Shown here piece after piece: positions 19,515 through 29,221 of a DNA stretch of 64,000 nt. The DNA is from an uncultured Acidobacteriota bacterium. Lineage in GTDB: Bacteria > Acidobacteriota > Thermoanaerobaculia > UBA5066 > DATFVB01. The position numbers and the translations under genes were made by a program. The notes below the pieces were generated by a model. That model had not been told where the DNA came from. It was given only the letters and a program-made list of their open reading frames with translations, and searched no databases. How positions within the stretch are numbered: the stretch's first letter is position 1; every line of letters starts with the position of its first letter. The stretch is from the NCBI GenBank assembly GCA_963813155.1, contig CAWEYG010000003.1, positions 769,866 through 833,865 of the forward strand, in the 5' to 3' direction.

Positions 19515-20647
19515 CGTCCGGAAGCCTCCGGGGGTGACGCTGCCGCGAGCGCACAAGCGACAGCTTCGACTTCTTCCGGGGTCAACTCCGGGTAGCACGG
19601 GATCGAGACCACTTCTCCCGCGACCCGTTCGGAGACCGGCAGCGCGCCCTCCGGGAATTGCGGGTCGGCGAAGGCGGGTTCCAGATGCGCCGGGTTTGGA
19701 TAGTGAACGTCGGTCTCGACGCCAAGGTCCGCGAGCCGGGCGCGAACGCGCTCCCGTTCGAGGGTCCGGATCACGAAGAGGTGGTACACGTGCTCCCGCT
19801 CGGGAGACTCGAAAGGAGCAACGAGACGGGTGCCTGCCAGCGCCTTCCTGTACCGGTCCGCGATCGCGCGCCTCGCCCGATTCCAACCCTCGAGGCGCGG
19901 CAACTTCACGCGCAGAATCGCGGCCTGAACTTCGTCGAGGCGGCTGTTCGCTCCGCCGGGAAGGACGGCGTGAAAACGGCTCTCCCACCCGTATTCCCTC
20001 AGCTGTCGGACGCGGAGCGCGAGATCTTCGTCGTTGGTCACGACGATGCCTCCGTCGCCTGCCGCCCCGAGGTTCTTCGTCGGGTAGAAGCTGAAACAGC
20101 CCGCGGCCGCGAGGCTGCCGACCGGTCTCCCCCGATATCGCGCCCCGTGGGCCTGGGAGCAGTCTTCGATGACGGGCAAACCGCGCCGTCCCGCGATCTC
20201 GAGAATTTCGTCCATTTCGGCAGGAAGGCCGTAGAGATGCACGACGAGAACGGCAGACGCCGCGGCCGTGATTCCCCGCGCCAGGGACCCGGGGTCCATC
20301 GTTTGCGAGAGAACATCGACATCGACGTAGACCGGTCGCGCTCCGGCGAGGCGGATCGCGGCCGGCCCGGGTACACCGGCGTTGGCCACCGTGACGACGT
20401 CGCTGCCCGCCTTCACTCCGGAAGCGAGGAGCGCCAGGCGGATCGCGTCCGTGCCGCTGCCGACCCCGACGCCGTGCGCGGCGCCGCACAGACTCGAGAA
20501 TTCGTTTTCGAACGCTTTCGTCTGGGGTCCGAGGATGTACCGACCCCGTTCGAGGGCCCCGGACACGGCCTCCCGGAGCTCCGGCTCGATGGACCGGAAC
20601 TGGCGCGCCAGATCACCGAACGGAACGCGAATCGGCGCGTCTACCAG
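19511..20647 (-). CDS. DegT/DnrJ/EryC1/StrS-family PLP-dependent sugar aminotransferase (ArnB/WecE-like); non-canonical start
   Basis: Sugar-aminotransferase family layout and typical family length (~380 aa), e.g. PFGDLARQF...GVGSGTDAIRLAL...HLYG...FYPTKNLGAAGDGG. No ATG/GTG/TTG in the ~60 nt (20 codons) upstream of the domain start, and every upstream candidate lies inside the epimerase gene; CTG at 20645-20647 overlaps the epimerase stop and gives MVDAPIRVPF. Confidence 0.75.
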   Translation of the reverse strand: MVDAPIRVPFGDLARQFRSIEPELREAVSGALERGRYILGPQTKAFENEFSSLCGAAHGVGVGSGTDAIRLALLASGVKAGSDVVTVANAGVPGPAAIRLAGARPVYVDVDVLSQTMDPGSLARGITAAASAVLVVHLYGLPAEMDEILEIAGRRGLPVIEDCSQAHGARYRGRPVGSLAAAGCFSFYPTKNLGAAGDGGIVVTNDEDLALRVRQLREYGWESRFHAVLPGGANSRLDEVQAAILRVKLPRLEGWNRARRAIADRYRKALAGTRLVAPFESPEREHVYHLFVIRTLERERVRARLADLGVETDVHYPNPAHLEPAFADPQFPEGALPVSERVAGEVVSIPCYPELTPEEVEAVACALAAASPPEASGR

Positions 20648-21645
20648 TACCGCTCCCGATTCTTCCGGAAGAATTCGACCGTTCGCGCGAGACCTTCGCG
20701 AAGAGCGACGCGGGGCCGCCAGCCGAGCTCGACTTCGATTCGTTGGAACGAGCTGTAGACGTCGCCCACGTCGAGGGCCTTCTTTTCCGGAGGCCACGGC
20801 ACGAGGCGGTAGCTTCCCGAGCCCGCGAGCTCGATCAGGAGGTCGAGCAACTGGCGGTGCTCGGTCGGCTCCAACCCCCCCAGGTTGTAGATCCGGCCGT
20901 TGCTCCGCTCGTCGGCGGCGGCGAGGAGGAAGGCGTCGACGACATCGTCCACGTAGTTGTAGTCGCGCATCTGGGTGCCGTCGCCGAAGATCTCGACTTC
21001 TCCTCCTTCGACGACGAGCCGGACGAACCAGCCGAGCGCCGTTTGGCGACTGTGCTTGACGAGCATTCCCGGGCCGTACGTATTGGTCAGGCGAAGCGAA
21101 CAGGCGCGAATTCCGTACACGTCGTTGTAAAGGATGTGATACCGCTCGCCCGCCATCTTGTTGATGCCATTGACGTCCACCGGCCGAACCGGGTGCGCTT
21201 CGTCGATCGGGAGATAGCTCGGCCGGCCGTAGATCTGCCTTGTGCCGGCAAAAACGATCTTCGCGTCCCGATTGAACTTTCGGCAGGCTTCGAGGATCGA
21301 CACCTGCGCCCGGCAGTTGATGTCGAGGTCCGTGAAAGGATCCTCCATCGAATCCCAATGGCTGACCTGGCCCGCGAGATTGAAAATGAAATCGCGATCC
21401 TGCACGAGATACTGCATCGAGTGCCCGTCGCGGACGTCGGCAAAATTCACGCGGACCCGGTCTTGAATCCCTTCGATGTTGTGGAGATTGCCCCCGTATT
21501 CCGGAATCATGCTGTCGACGAGGACGACGTCCGCACCGGAGGCCGCGAGCGCGCGAGCGAGGTGGCTACCGATGAACCCCAGGCCTCCCGTGACGAGGCA
21601 TCTCTTCCCGGAAAAGAAATCTCGCGAGCGAGGAGAATCAGTCAA
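20641..21645 (-). CDS. NAD-dependent epimerase/dehydratase (extended SDR; UDP-sugar 4-epimerase/decarboxylase-like)
   Basis: GGLGFIGSHL Rossmann motif and YxxxK catalytic residues; 334 aa. Confidence 0.85.
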   Translation of the reverse strand: MTDSPRSRDFFSGKRCLVTGGLGFIGSHLARALAASGADVVLVDSMIPEYGGNLHNIEGIQDRVRVNFADVRDGHSMQYLVQDRDFIFNLAGQVSHWDSMEDPFTDLDINCRAQVSILEACRKFNRDAKIVFAGTRQIYGRPSYLPIDEAHPVRPVDVNGINKMAGERYHILYNDVYGIRACSLRLTNTYGPGMLVKHSRQTALGWFVRLVVEGGEVEIFGDGTQMRDYNYVDDVVDAFLLAAADERSNGRIYNLGGLEPTEHRQLLDLLIELAGSGSYRLVPWPPEKKALDVGDVYSSFQRIEVELGWRPRVALREGLARTVEFFRKNRERYW

Positions 21646-22069
21646 TTCGATCCGAATTGTAGCCCGTGTCCGGAGCCGATTCCGCGGCGCGAACGCCCAG
21701 GGCCCACCGCGCGAGAAAGAACGTCAGCGGAACGCTCCCGACGATCGCGAGACCGGATGCCATCCATTGAGGCAGGTGGCCGTTCGCCAGACACATCCAG
21801 AGGATCGCCATTCCCAGCGCGTACTGGCCGACGTAAACGACCGGATAGCGCAGGAAGGCGCTCCACGTCGCCGGCCGGCGAAAAACGTAGCGCGAATTCA
21901 GCGCGAAAGAGAGCAGGATCCCCGCGAGATACGAGGCCGAATAGGCGATCGGATACGGAAGGTAAGCGACGAGGGCGAGGTAGAGAAGATAAGTGGCGAC
22001 GGTATTGACGGCCCCCGCGAGAAGGAAGCGCCGCGGCTCCCCGGAACCGAGGAGGTTCGCGAAGCTCAC
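21638..22069 (-). CDS. GtrA-family membrane protein (lipid-linked sugar translocase-like)
   Basis: 4-TM small protein; GTG at 22067-22069 overlaps the upstream GT2 stop (GTGA). Confidence 0.7.
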   Translation of the reverse strand: MSFANLLGSGEPRRFLLAGAVNTVATYLLYLALVAYLPYPIAYSASYLAGILLSFALNSRYVFRRPATWSAFLRYPVVYVGQYALGMAILWMCLANGHLPQWMASGLAIVGSVPLTFFLARWALGVRAAESAPDTGYNSDRID

Positions 22070-22857
22070 GGCTTCTGACCCGCGGACGGCCCGTTGAGGC
22101 TCTCGCTTCCCGCGGGTTCGCGGACACCTTCGCGGCGAACGACGAGCTGCCACCAGAGCTCGATCAGCTGGATCAGCGTGCGCCAGAGCCGGCGAAAATT
22201 GAAGAACTGGCTCTTCCCGTAGGCGCGATGAAAGTGGTGAACGGGGACCTCCGCGAATCGAAAGCCGGCGTCCTGCAGCTTCTTGACGAGCTCCAGACAG
22301 ATCGTCCCGGTGTTCGATTGCAGGTCGACGACGTCGAACACGCGGCGTCGCAGCAGGCGGAAATCGCAGTCGACGTCCCGCAGACGGAAGCCGAATGCCG
22401 CGCGGACGATGTGGTGATAGACCCGGCCGATGATTTTTCGGTGAAGCGGATCCGATCGGTCGATCTTGTAACCGTTGACGACGTCGACCTCCGGAGACAT
22501 CGCCTCGGCGAGCCGGCGAAGCTCCCGGGGATCGTACTGGGCGTCGCCGTCGGTATAGAAGACCAGCTCCCGCGTTGCCGCCGCGAATCCGGTGCGAAGC
22601 GCGGCTCCATAGCCCCGGTTTCGGCCGTGGTCGATCACACGCAAGCTCGGATATCGGGCCGCCAGCTCCTTCAGGATGTCGGCCGTGTAATCGGTCGATC
22701 CGTCATTGACGACGATGATCTCGAAGTCGTCGGTGAGCGAGCAGAGGGTAGCCTCGGCCGAGACGACCATGCTCGCGATCGTCCCGCCGTCGTTGAACGC
22801 GGGGAAAAACGCGGAAATCGACGGGCGGCCGGCGCGATCGTCAGCCACTTTTCTCAC
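22066..22857 (-). CDS. GT2 polyprenyl-phosphate glycosyltransferase (GtrB/ArnC/DPM1-like)
   Basis: VVNDGSTD and DGD(AQ) DxD motifs; starts the 4-gene minus-strand operon GT2 - GtrA - epimerase - DegT. Confidence 0.8.
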   Translation of the reverse strand: MRKVADDRAGRPSISAFFPAFNDGGTIASMVVSAEATLCSLTDDFEIIVVNDGSTDYTADILKELAARYPSLRVIDHGRNRGYGAALRTGFAAATRELVFYTDGDAQYDPRELRRLAEAMSPEVDVVNGYKIDRSDPLHRKIIGRVYHHIVRAAFGFRLRDVDCDFRLLRRRVFDVVDLQSNTGTICLELVKKLQDAGFRFAEVPVHHFHRAYGKSQFFNFRRLWRTLIQLIELWWQLVVRREGVREPAGSESLNGPSAGQKP

Positions 22858-22971
22858 CCCACCCGCGCCAGCACTTCGGGCTCATCCGGCTTCAATTCGC
22901 CTCCAATTTGCGCGAAAAAGGCATTGTAGCGGTTATACTGCGTCGTTTTCGAGAAGGAACGAGGAGGCACG

Positions 22972-23937
22972 TTGAAGACCGCTCTGATCACAGGTACCAC
23001 GGGCCAGGACGGCTCGTACCTTTCCGAGTACCTCCTGGGACTCGGCTACAAGGTGTACGGGCTGATTCGCCGCAGCTCGACCCAGAATTTCGAAAGGGTC
23101 GCGCACATCCAGGACCGGATCGAATTCCTGAACGCCGACCTGCTCGACCAGAACTCCCTGACCAACGCGATCGCCGAAGCGAAACCGGACGAGGTCTACA
23201 ACCTCGCGGCACAGTCGTTCGTTCCGGCTTCGTGGTCGCAGCCCGTCCTGACCGGCGAATTCACGGCACTCGGCGTGACCCGCATGCTCGAAGCGATCCG
23301 CGTGTTGAATCCGAAGATCCGGTTCTACCAGGCGTCCTCCTCGGAAATGTTCGGAAAGGTGCACTCGGTTCCCCAGGACGAGGAGACGAAATTCCATCCG
23401 CGCAGTCCCTACGGGGTCGCGAAGCTGTACGGGCACTGGATCACGGTGAATTACCGGGAGTCGTACGGCATGCACGCGGTCTCGGGAATCCTCTTCAATC
23501 ACGAGTCTCCGCGCCGCGGAGAGGAATTCGTCACGCGAAAGATTTCGCTCGGCGCCGCGCGCATCGCCGCTGGACTGCAGAAGGAGCTGCGCCTCGGAAA
23601 CCTCGAGGCCAAGCGCGACTGGGGCTTCACGGGCGACTACGTGAAAGCGATGCACATGATGCTGCAGCACGACGAGCCGAAGGATTACGTCGTCGGCACC
23701 GGAGAGACCCACACGGTCGAAGAATTCGTCGACATCGCCTTTTCGCGCGTCGGGCTCAAATGGCGGGACCACGTCGTGATCGACAGGAAATTCGTCCGCC
23801 CGGCGGAGGTCGACCTCCTCATCTCGAATCCGCGGCGCGCGCGCGAAGAGCTCGGCTGGGTACCCGAAGTCCCGTTTCGCGCTCTCGTCGAAATGATGGT
23901 CGACGCGGACGTGAAGCTGACTCAGGAACGCCGGTGA
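22972..23937 (+). CDS. gmd: GDP-mannose 4,6-dehydratase
   Basis: MKTALITGTTGQDGSYLSEYLL... is a near-canonical Gmd N-terminus. TTG start with GAGGAGG Shine-Dalgarno 4 nt upstream. Confidence 0.9.
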   Translation: MKTALITGTTGQDGSYLSEYLLGLGYKVYGLIRRSSTQNFERVAHIQDRIEFLNADLLDQNSLTNAIAEAKPDEVYNLAAQSFVPASWSQPVLTGEFTALGVTRMLEAIRVLNPKIRFYQASSSEMFGKVHSVPQDEETKFHPRSPYGVAKLYGHWITVNYRESYGMHAVSGILFNHESPRRGEEFVTRKISLGAARIAAGLQKELRLGNLEAKRDWGFTGDYVKAMHMMLQHDEPKDYVVGTGETHTVEEFVDIAFSRVGLKWRDHVVIDRKFVRPAEVDLLISNPRRAREELGWVPEVPFRALVEMMVDADVKLTQERR

Positions 23938-23969
23938 GCCGCGGCGCGTGCGTGCTGGAAGTGCTATGA

Positions 23970-26517
23970 TTGCTTCCGGTTTGTGTGAATTTCCTATCTG
24001 GCCTTTCCTCGCGCCTTCCTCTCTGTAGCGCGCCGAATCCCGCGCGGATACTGGCGGCCGCGGCGCTTCTCCAACTTTTCCTTCTCGCCGGACCCGCCCG
24101 CGCGCAGCCGGCGGGCGAGCAACCGGTTCGCCCGGTCGTGAGTCTGCCCTCTCACCATGACATTTCTCCTCCGCTTCGAAGCCTTCCGCCGGCCGCGCGC
24201 CGGGGTGGCCCGCCCCGGGAGGCTCCCGAGCCCGGCCCTCTTCCTCCGCGGCACACCAACGGGGAGGCCGATCCCGTGACGCAGACGTGGAATGGCCCGC
24301 TCGCGATGCCTTCGACGAACGTCAATTTCGAGGGAATCGGGCAGGGGCTCGCGGGCTTTACGGTTCAATGGGCTCCGCCTGACACCGACGGCGACGTCGG
24401 CCCAAACCACTATGTTCAGATCGTCAATACTGACTTCGCGGTCTTCAATAAGAGCGGGACCCTGCTCTATGGCCCGGTTTCGACAAACACTCTCTGGAGC
24501 GGCTTCGGAGGCGCGTGCCAGACCGCCAATGACGGCGACGCGGTCGTCAAGTACGACAAGCGCGCCGACCGTTGGATTTTCGAGCAACCGGTATTCGAGT
24601 CGCCGTACATGCAGTGCCTCGCGATCTCGACGACGGCCGACCCTACTGGTTCCTACGCCCGCTACTCCTACACGTTTTCGAACTTTCCCGATTACCCGAA
24701 GCTCTCCGTCTGGCCGGACGGCTATTACATGACGTACAACATGTTCAACGGGAATAGCTTCGTCGGCGGCGAGACTTGCGCCTACGACCGCTCGAAGATG
24801 CTCACCGGTGCCGCCGCCACGCAACAGTGTTTCGGCCCGGTCTCGGCGATGGGCGGATCGGTTCCGTCAGACCTCGATGGCCCAACGGACCCCCCGGCGG
24901 GATCACCCGACTACGTCATGAGCTACGAGACGTTTCAAAGCTCCCCGCCGGTGCTGCTCCTCTGGAAGGCCCACGTCGACTGGGTCGAATTCCGGAAATT
25001 CGGCGCTTTCCGGGCCAGCGACGATCACGCCCGCCACATTTTCTCCCGCCTGCGGCGGGGGAACCTGCATCCCCCAGCCGGGAACGACGAATCAGCTCGA
25101 CTCGCTCGCGGACCGGTTCATGATGCGCCTTGGCTACCGGAACTTTGGAGACCACGAATCGCTCGTCGTCAATCACAGCGTAACGCCGCCCGGCTCCGGA
25201 GTCAGCGGAATCCGCTGGTACGAGATCCGCTCGCCGGGTAGCTCGCCCTCGATCTTCCAGCAAGGCACGTACGCGCCCGACGACGGGGCTTCTCGGTGGA
25301 TGGGATCGGCCGCGATGGACGGTTCCGGCGACGTCGCCGTCGGCTACAGCGTCTCGTCGGGTACCGTCTACCCGTCGGTCGCCTACACCGGGCGACTCGC
25401 AGGCGATCCCCTCGGGACGCTGCCGGAGGGCGAATCGACGATGCGGTCCGGAAGCGGCTCGCAGACGAAGGCCAAGGGAGGCTCCTCGCTGACCCGCTGG
25501 GGCGATTACAGCGCCCTCGCGGTCGATCCTGTCGACGACTGCACCTTCTGGTACACCGACGAGTACCTTGCCACGACGGGAGCGTTCAACTGGCAAACAC
25601 GGATCGGGTCGTTCCGGTTCGCGAGCTGCGGCTGCGCCTCGAACCCAACGGCAGTCGCCTCCGGCAGCGCAGCGATCTGCGCCGGCAAGTCCACATCGCT
25701 TTCCGGCTCCGGGGGCGTTTCGTGCTCGTGGTCGCCGTCGACGGGCCTTTCGAATGCGTCGAGCTGCTCGCCGACGGCCTCGCCCGCGGCAACGACGACC
25801 TACACGCTCACGGTCACCGACGCCAGCGGATGCCCTTCCACCAACGGTCCGACAGTCACGGTCACCATCAACCCCCCGCCCGCGACACCCGTGATCACCG
25901 CTTCTTCGACCGCCAATCCGGGGGACACGGGGTTGATCGCCTCGGTCGCGAACCACGTCGGAAGCACCTACGCCTGGTCGATTACCAACGGAACGATCAC
26001 GCTGGGCAACGGCACGAACCAGATCACGTTCACGGCCGGTGTCGCCGGCACGTTGACGCTTCAGGTCGTCGAGACGAATTCGAACGGCTGCGCGTCGGTC
26101 ACGGGCTCGACGACAGTCCAGGTCGGCTCGGGCGGTTCGGCGGGGGCTTTGTTCTATACCCTCATGCCCTGCCGGGTCGTCGACACCCGCAACATAGCGG
26201 GACCGTACGGCGGGCCTTCTTTGAGCGCAGATTCGACACGAACCTTCGTGCTGGCCGGACAGTGCGGAATTCCGAGTGACGCGAAGGCCGTCTCGCTGAA
26301 CGTTACGGTTGTCGCGCCGACTTCCGGTGGCACCCTCAAGCTCAATCCTGCCGGCGTCTCGCCAAGCGTCGCGACGGCGATCAACTTCAATGCCTTGCAG
26401 ACTCGCGCAAACAACGCGCTCGCGTTTCTCGGCGCAACGGGAGCCGTCAGCGTCGAGGACGACCAGACATCGGGCACAACGAATTTACTCATCGATGCGA
26501 ACGGATATTTCAAGTGA
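23970..26517 (+). CDS. Large secreted protein with Ig-like Thr/Ser-rich repeats and the shared conserved C-terminal domain (unrecognised family); apparent +1 frameshift near 24960-25030
   Basis: Signal peptide ...ILAAAALLQLFLLAGPARAQP; N-terminal part in frame 0 (23970-25241), remainder in frame 1 (to 26517); C-terminus ...MPCRVVDTRN...GIP...DANGYFK*. Confidence 0.5.
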
Positions 26518-26597
26518 TCCGCTCTTGATTAAGAGTCATCAGTGCAAGGAGGCAAACCCCTGCTAAGATCGCGACGGCTTCGAAGTGGGGATCTCAA

Positions 26598-28556
26598 ATG
26601 CTGAGTAGAACCGAAATGACTGCGAGCAAGATTCACGTCGCGCGCGGAGCAGCGCGACGACTGCGAACAGCTTCTCTCGCGGCTTTATCCTTGCTCTTCA
26701 TTGGCCAGCGTCATCTTCAGGCTCAACAGCCCGTGCTCCCTCCGGGCGTTTTGTCCAAGTCCGGGTTTCCGATAACCTTCAGCGGCAACAAGACCTCGCA
26801 CGGCGAGCCCGTCATCGCGGACCTTGGGTTGACCCCTGGCCACAAACAGATAATCTTCGGCACGTACAACCACAAGTTATACGTCGTGAATTATGACGGC
26901 TCGGTCGCGAGCGGCTTTCCCGTGACTCTTCCCGGAGACATTTACAGCAGCCCCGCGATCGGCGACCTCGACGGCGACGGCATTCCGGACATCGTCGTCG
27001 GCTATGGCTCGACGATCGAGGTGGCCGCAACGGGCCTGGAAACCGGAGGCGTCTGCGCGTACCACCGCAACGGCGCGCAGATGTGGTGCCGCGTGTCCGG
27101 AGACTTCAACAACAATGGGTCCCCCGATCCCGTCATGTCGACGCCCGCGATTGGCGACGTGAACGGGGACGGCCACAACGAGGTCGCCTGGGGCGGACTC
27201 GACGCGAATGTCTACCTCGTGAACGGCGCAACCGGCGCGAATAAGACCGGGTGGCCAAAGTTCGTCCGGGACACGATTTTCTGTTCTCCAGCCCTCGCGG
27301 ATCTCAACGGTGATGGAAAGCTCGAGGTCATCATCGGTGCCGACGCTCACAAGGAAGGCGCTCCGTACAACACTCCCAACGGTGGATGCCTGCACGTGCT
27401 TCAGTTCGACGCCTCAGAAATGGCGGGGTTTCCCCAGTGCGTCAATCAGGCGATGGACAGCACCCCCGCAGTGGGCGATATCAACGGAGATGGAAAGCCC
27501 GAGATCATCGTGGGGACCGGAACATTCTGGAACAGCACCAACAACGGCACCGGCGTATCGCCGCCGCACGTCGTCTACGCGTTCGAGTGCAACGGAACGC
27601 AAGCGCCAGGCTGGCCGGTTTCGGTCGATGGTGAGGTTTCGAGCTCGCCCGCCCTGGGCGACATCGACGGCGACGGAATTCCGGACGTCGTGGTGACCGA
27701 CACCAGCGACGGGCCGAGTGGAACCTTTCACGTTTACGGTTTCAAAGGAAACGGCACGCCAATATTCAAGACACAGCCAAAAACCTTTTTCGGAACGACG
27801 CCGAATGCTGGGAGTCCTCGGATCGCCAACATCTTGAACGACTCTCACCCGGAAATTGTTTTCCCCATCGGGACGGAGATTTGCGTCCTGTCCTCAACCG
27901 GAACACAGTTGACCGACCCAGGGACTCACGCCGCAGGGACATTCTCGTTCTATACGCAAACGGCGGTGAGCGGTGTCGCGATCGGAGATCTGGACAACGA
28001 CGGTGTCGCCAATGAGATGGTTGTGGTCTCGGGTACGCCCTTCCCTTCGGCGACTGACACCCAGGTCTTTGCCTGGACCCTGACGACGAATTCGACACCC
28101 CTCTGGGGATTTTTCAAGTACGGTACAGCCCGTACGGGGATCATCCCGGGCACGCCCAGTTGCTCCACCTCCACGATTTCCACGACGGATTTTTTTCCGC
28201 TCCCGCCCTGTCGGATCGTCGACACGCGAAACCCGACCGGGCCTTACGGTGGGCCGCCCCTGTCAGCCGGCTCAACCCGCACCTTCGTTCTCGCAGGTCA
28301 GTGCGGCATTCCTGTCGGCGCCGGAGCCGCCTCGGTCAATATTACGGTCGTCAGTCCCAGTTCGGGCGGAGCCTTGAAATTAAACCCCGCCGGCGCAACA
28401 CCGACTGCCGCGACAGCCATCCTCTTCAACTCCCTGAAGACGCGCGCAAATAACGCGATCGTCTTCTTGAGCTCGAGCGGAGCCGCGAGCGTCGAGGACG
28501 ATCAGACCTCCGGCACGACCAACTTCCTACTCGACGTGAACGGATACTTCAAATAG
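26598..28556 (+). CDS. Secreted FG-GAP/VCBS beta-propeller repeat protein carrying the shared conserved C-terminal domain
   Basis: Multiple repeats of the form SSPAIGDLDGDGIPDIVVG; signal peptide; C-terminal ...PCRIVDTRN...VNGYFK*. Confidence 0.75.
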   Translation: MLSRTEMTASKIHVARGAARRLRTASLAALSLLFIGQRHLQAQQPVLPPGVLSKSGFPITFSGNKTSHGEPVIADLGLTPGHKQIIFGTYNHKLYVVNYDGSVASGFPVTLPGDIYSSPAIGDLDGDGIPDIVVGYGSTIEVAATGLETGGVCAYHRNGAQMWCRVSGDFNNNGSPDPVMSTPAIGDVNGDGHNEVAWGGLDANVYLVNGATGANKTGWPKFVRDTIFCSPALADLNGDGKLEVIIGADAHKEGAPYNTPNGGCLHVLQFDASEMAGFPQCVNQAMDSTPAVGDINGDGKPEIIVGTGTFWNSTNNGTGVSPPHVVYAFECNGTQAPGWPVSVDGEVSSSPALGDIDGDGIPDVVVTDTSDGPSGTFHVYGFKGNGTPIFKTQPKTFFGTTPNAGSPRIANILNDSHPEIVFPIGTEICVLSSTGTQLTDPGTHAAGTFSFYTQTAVSGVAIGDLDNDGVANEMVVVSGTPFPSATDTQVFAWTLTTNSTPLWGFFKYGTARTGIIPGTPSCSTSTISTTDFFPLPPCRIVDTRNPTGPYGGPPLSAGSTRTFVLAGQCGIPVGAGAASVNITVVSPSSGGALKLNPAGATPTAATAILFNSLKTRANNAIVFLSSSGAASVEDDQTSGTTNFLLDVNGYFK

Positions 28557-28633
28557 AGATGCCGAATGAAAATCCAAAACCAGTTGTGCTACTCTTATCG
28601 AAGGGTCGAGGACTTGCCGAAGAAGGAGATCCA

Positions 28634-29140
28634 ATGAATCCAGACACTCGCACTCTCAGAAGATGGGCGTTCGCCCTGGTTGTCGTCGTAGCCCTCTTCA
28701 CGGGCAAACCGGCGGCCGCGCAGACGGGTCTTCAATACTTTGCGGTCATCCCCTGCCGGGTCGCCGACACGAGGAGCAGTACTTTCAATTCGGGATCCTA
28801 CCTGAACGGGTCTCCAAGTCTGACAGCGGGCGCCACTCGGGCCTTTTTCGTGAAGGGCCGCTGCGGCATTCCCGATACGGCGCAAGCCGTCTCGGTCAAC
28901 GCGGCTATCCTCAATCCGACGGACGCCGGATTTCTCTCGCTTTGGCCTGCAGGCGGCCAGTTTCCGGTAGTGTCGACGATAAATTTCGTGGCGGGAGAGC
29001 CTGGCCTGGCGAACGGAGCGATCGTACCCCTAAAAATCTGCGCCTCGCCATGTGCAGATCTCAACGTCGTCTACGGGAATGGCGGCGCCGCCGGACAGAC
29101 TTTGAATTTCATCCTCGACGTGACCGGGTACTTCGAGTAG
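28634..29140 (+). CDS. Small secreted protein made of a signal peptide plus the shared PCRVxDTR...GYF(K/E) domain only
   Basis: ATG at 28634 preceded by GGAG; MNPDTRTLRRWAFALVVVVALFTGKPAAAQ... then ...IPCRVADTRS...VTGYFE*. Confidence 0.6.
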   Translation: MNPDTRTLRRWAFALVVVVALFTGKPAAAQTGLQYFAVIPCRVADTRSSTFNSGSYLNGSPSLTAGATRAFFVKGRCGIPDTAQAVSVNAAILNPTDAGFLSLWPAGGQFPVVSTINFVAGEPGLANGAIVPLKICASPCADLNVVYGNGGAAGQTLNFILDVTGYFE

Positions 29141-29221
29141 GGAATTCTCCAGGGAACATCTGGAGGTTTCTGCGTTTTCTAAAGCCAGGCGAAACCTCGC
29201 ATCGCGTCAGTTTCGCGTAAT

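Noticed and set aside
19511-21358. Track ORF giving DegT a 235-aa N-terminal extension from an ATG at 21358
   Set aside because: The extension overlaps the entire epimerase gene in another frame and is Arg-rich noise; the aminotransferase domain begins near 20647.
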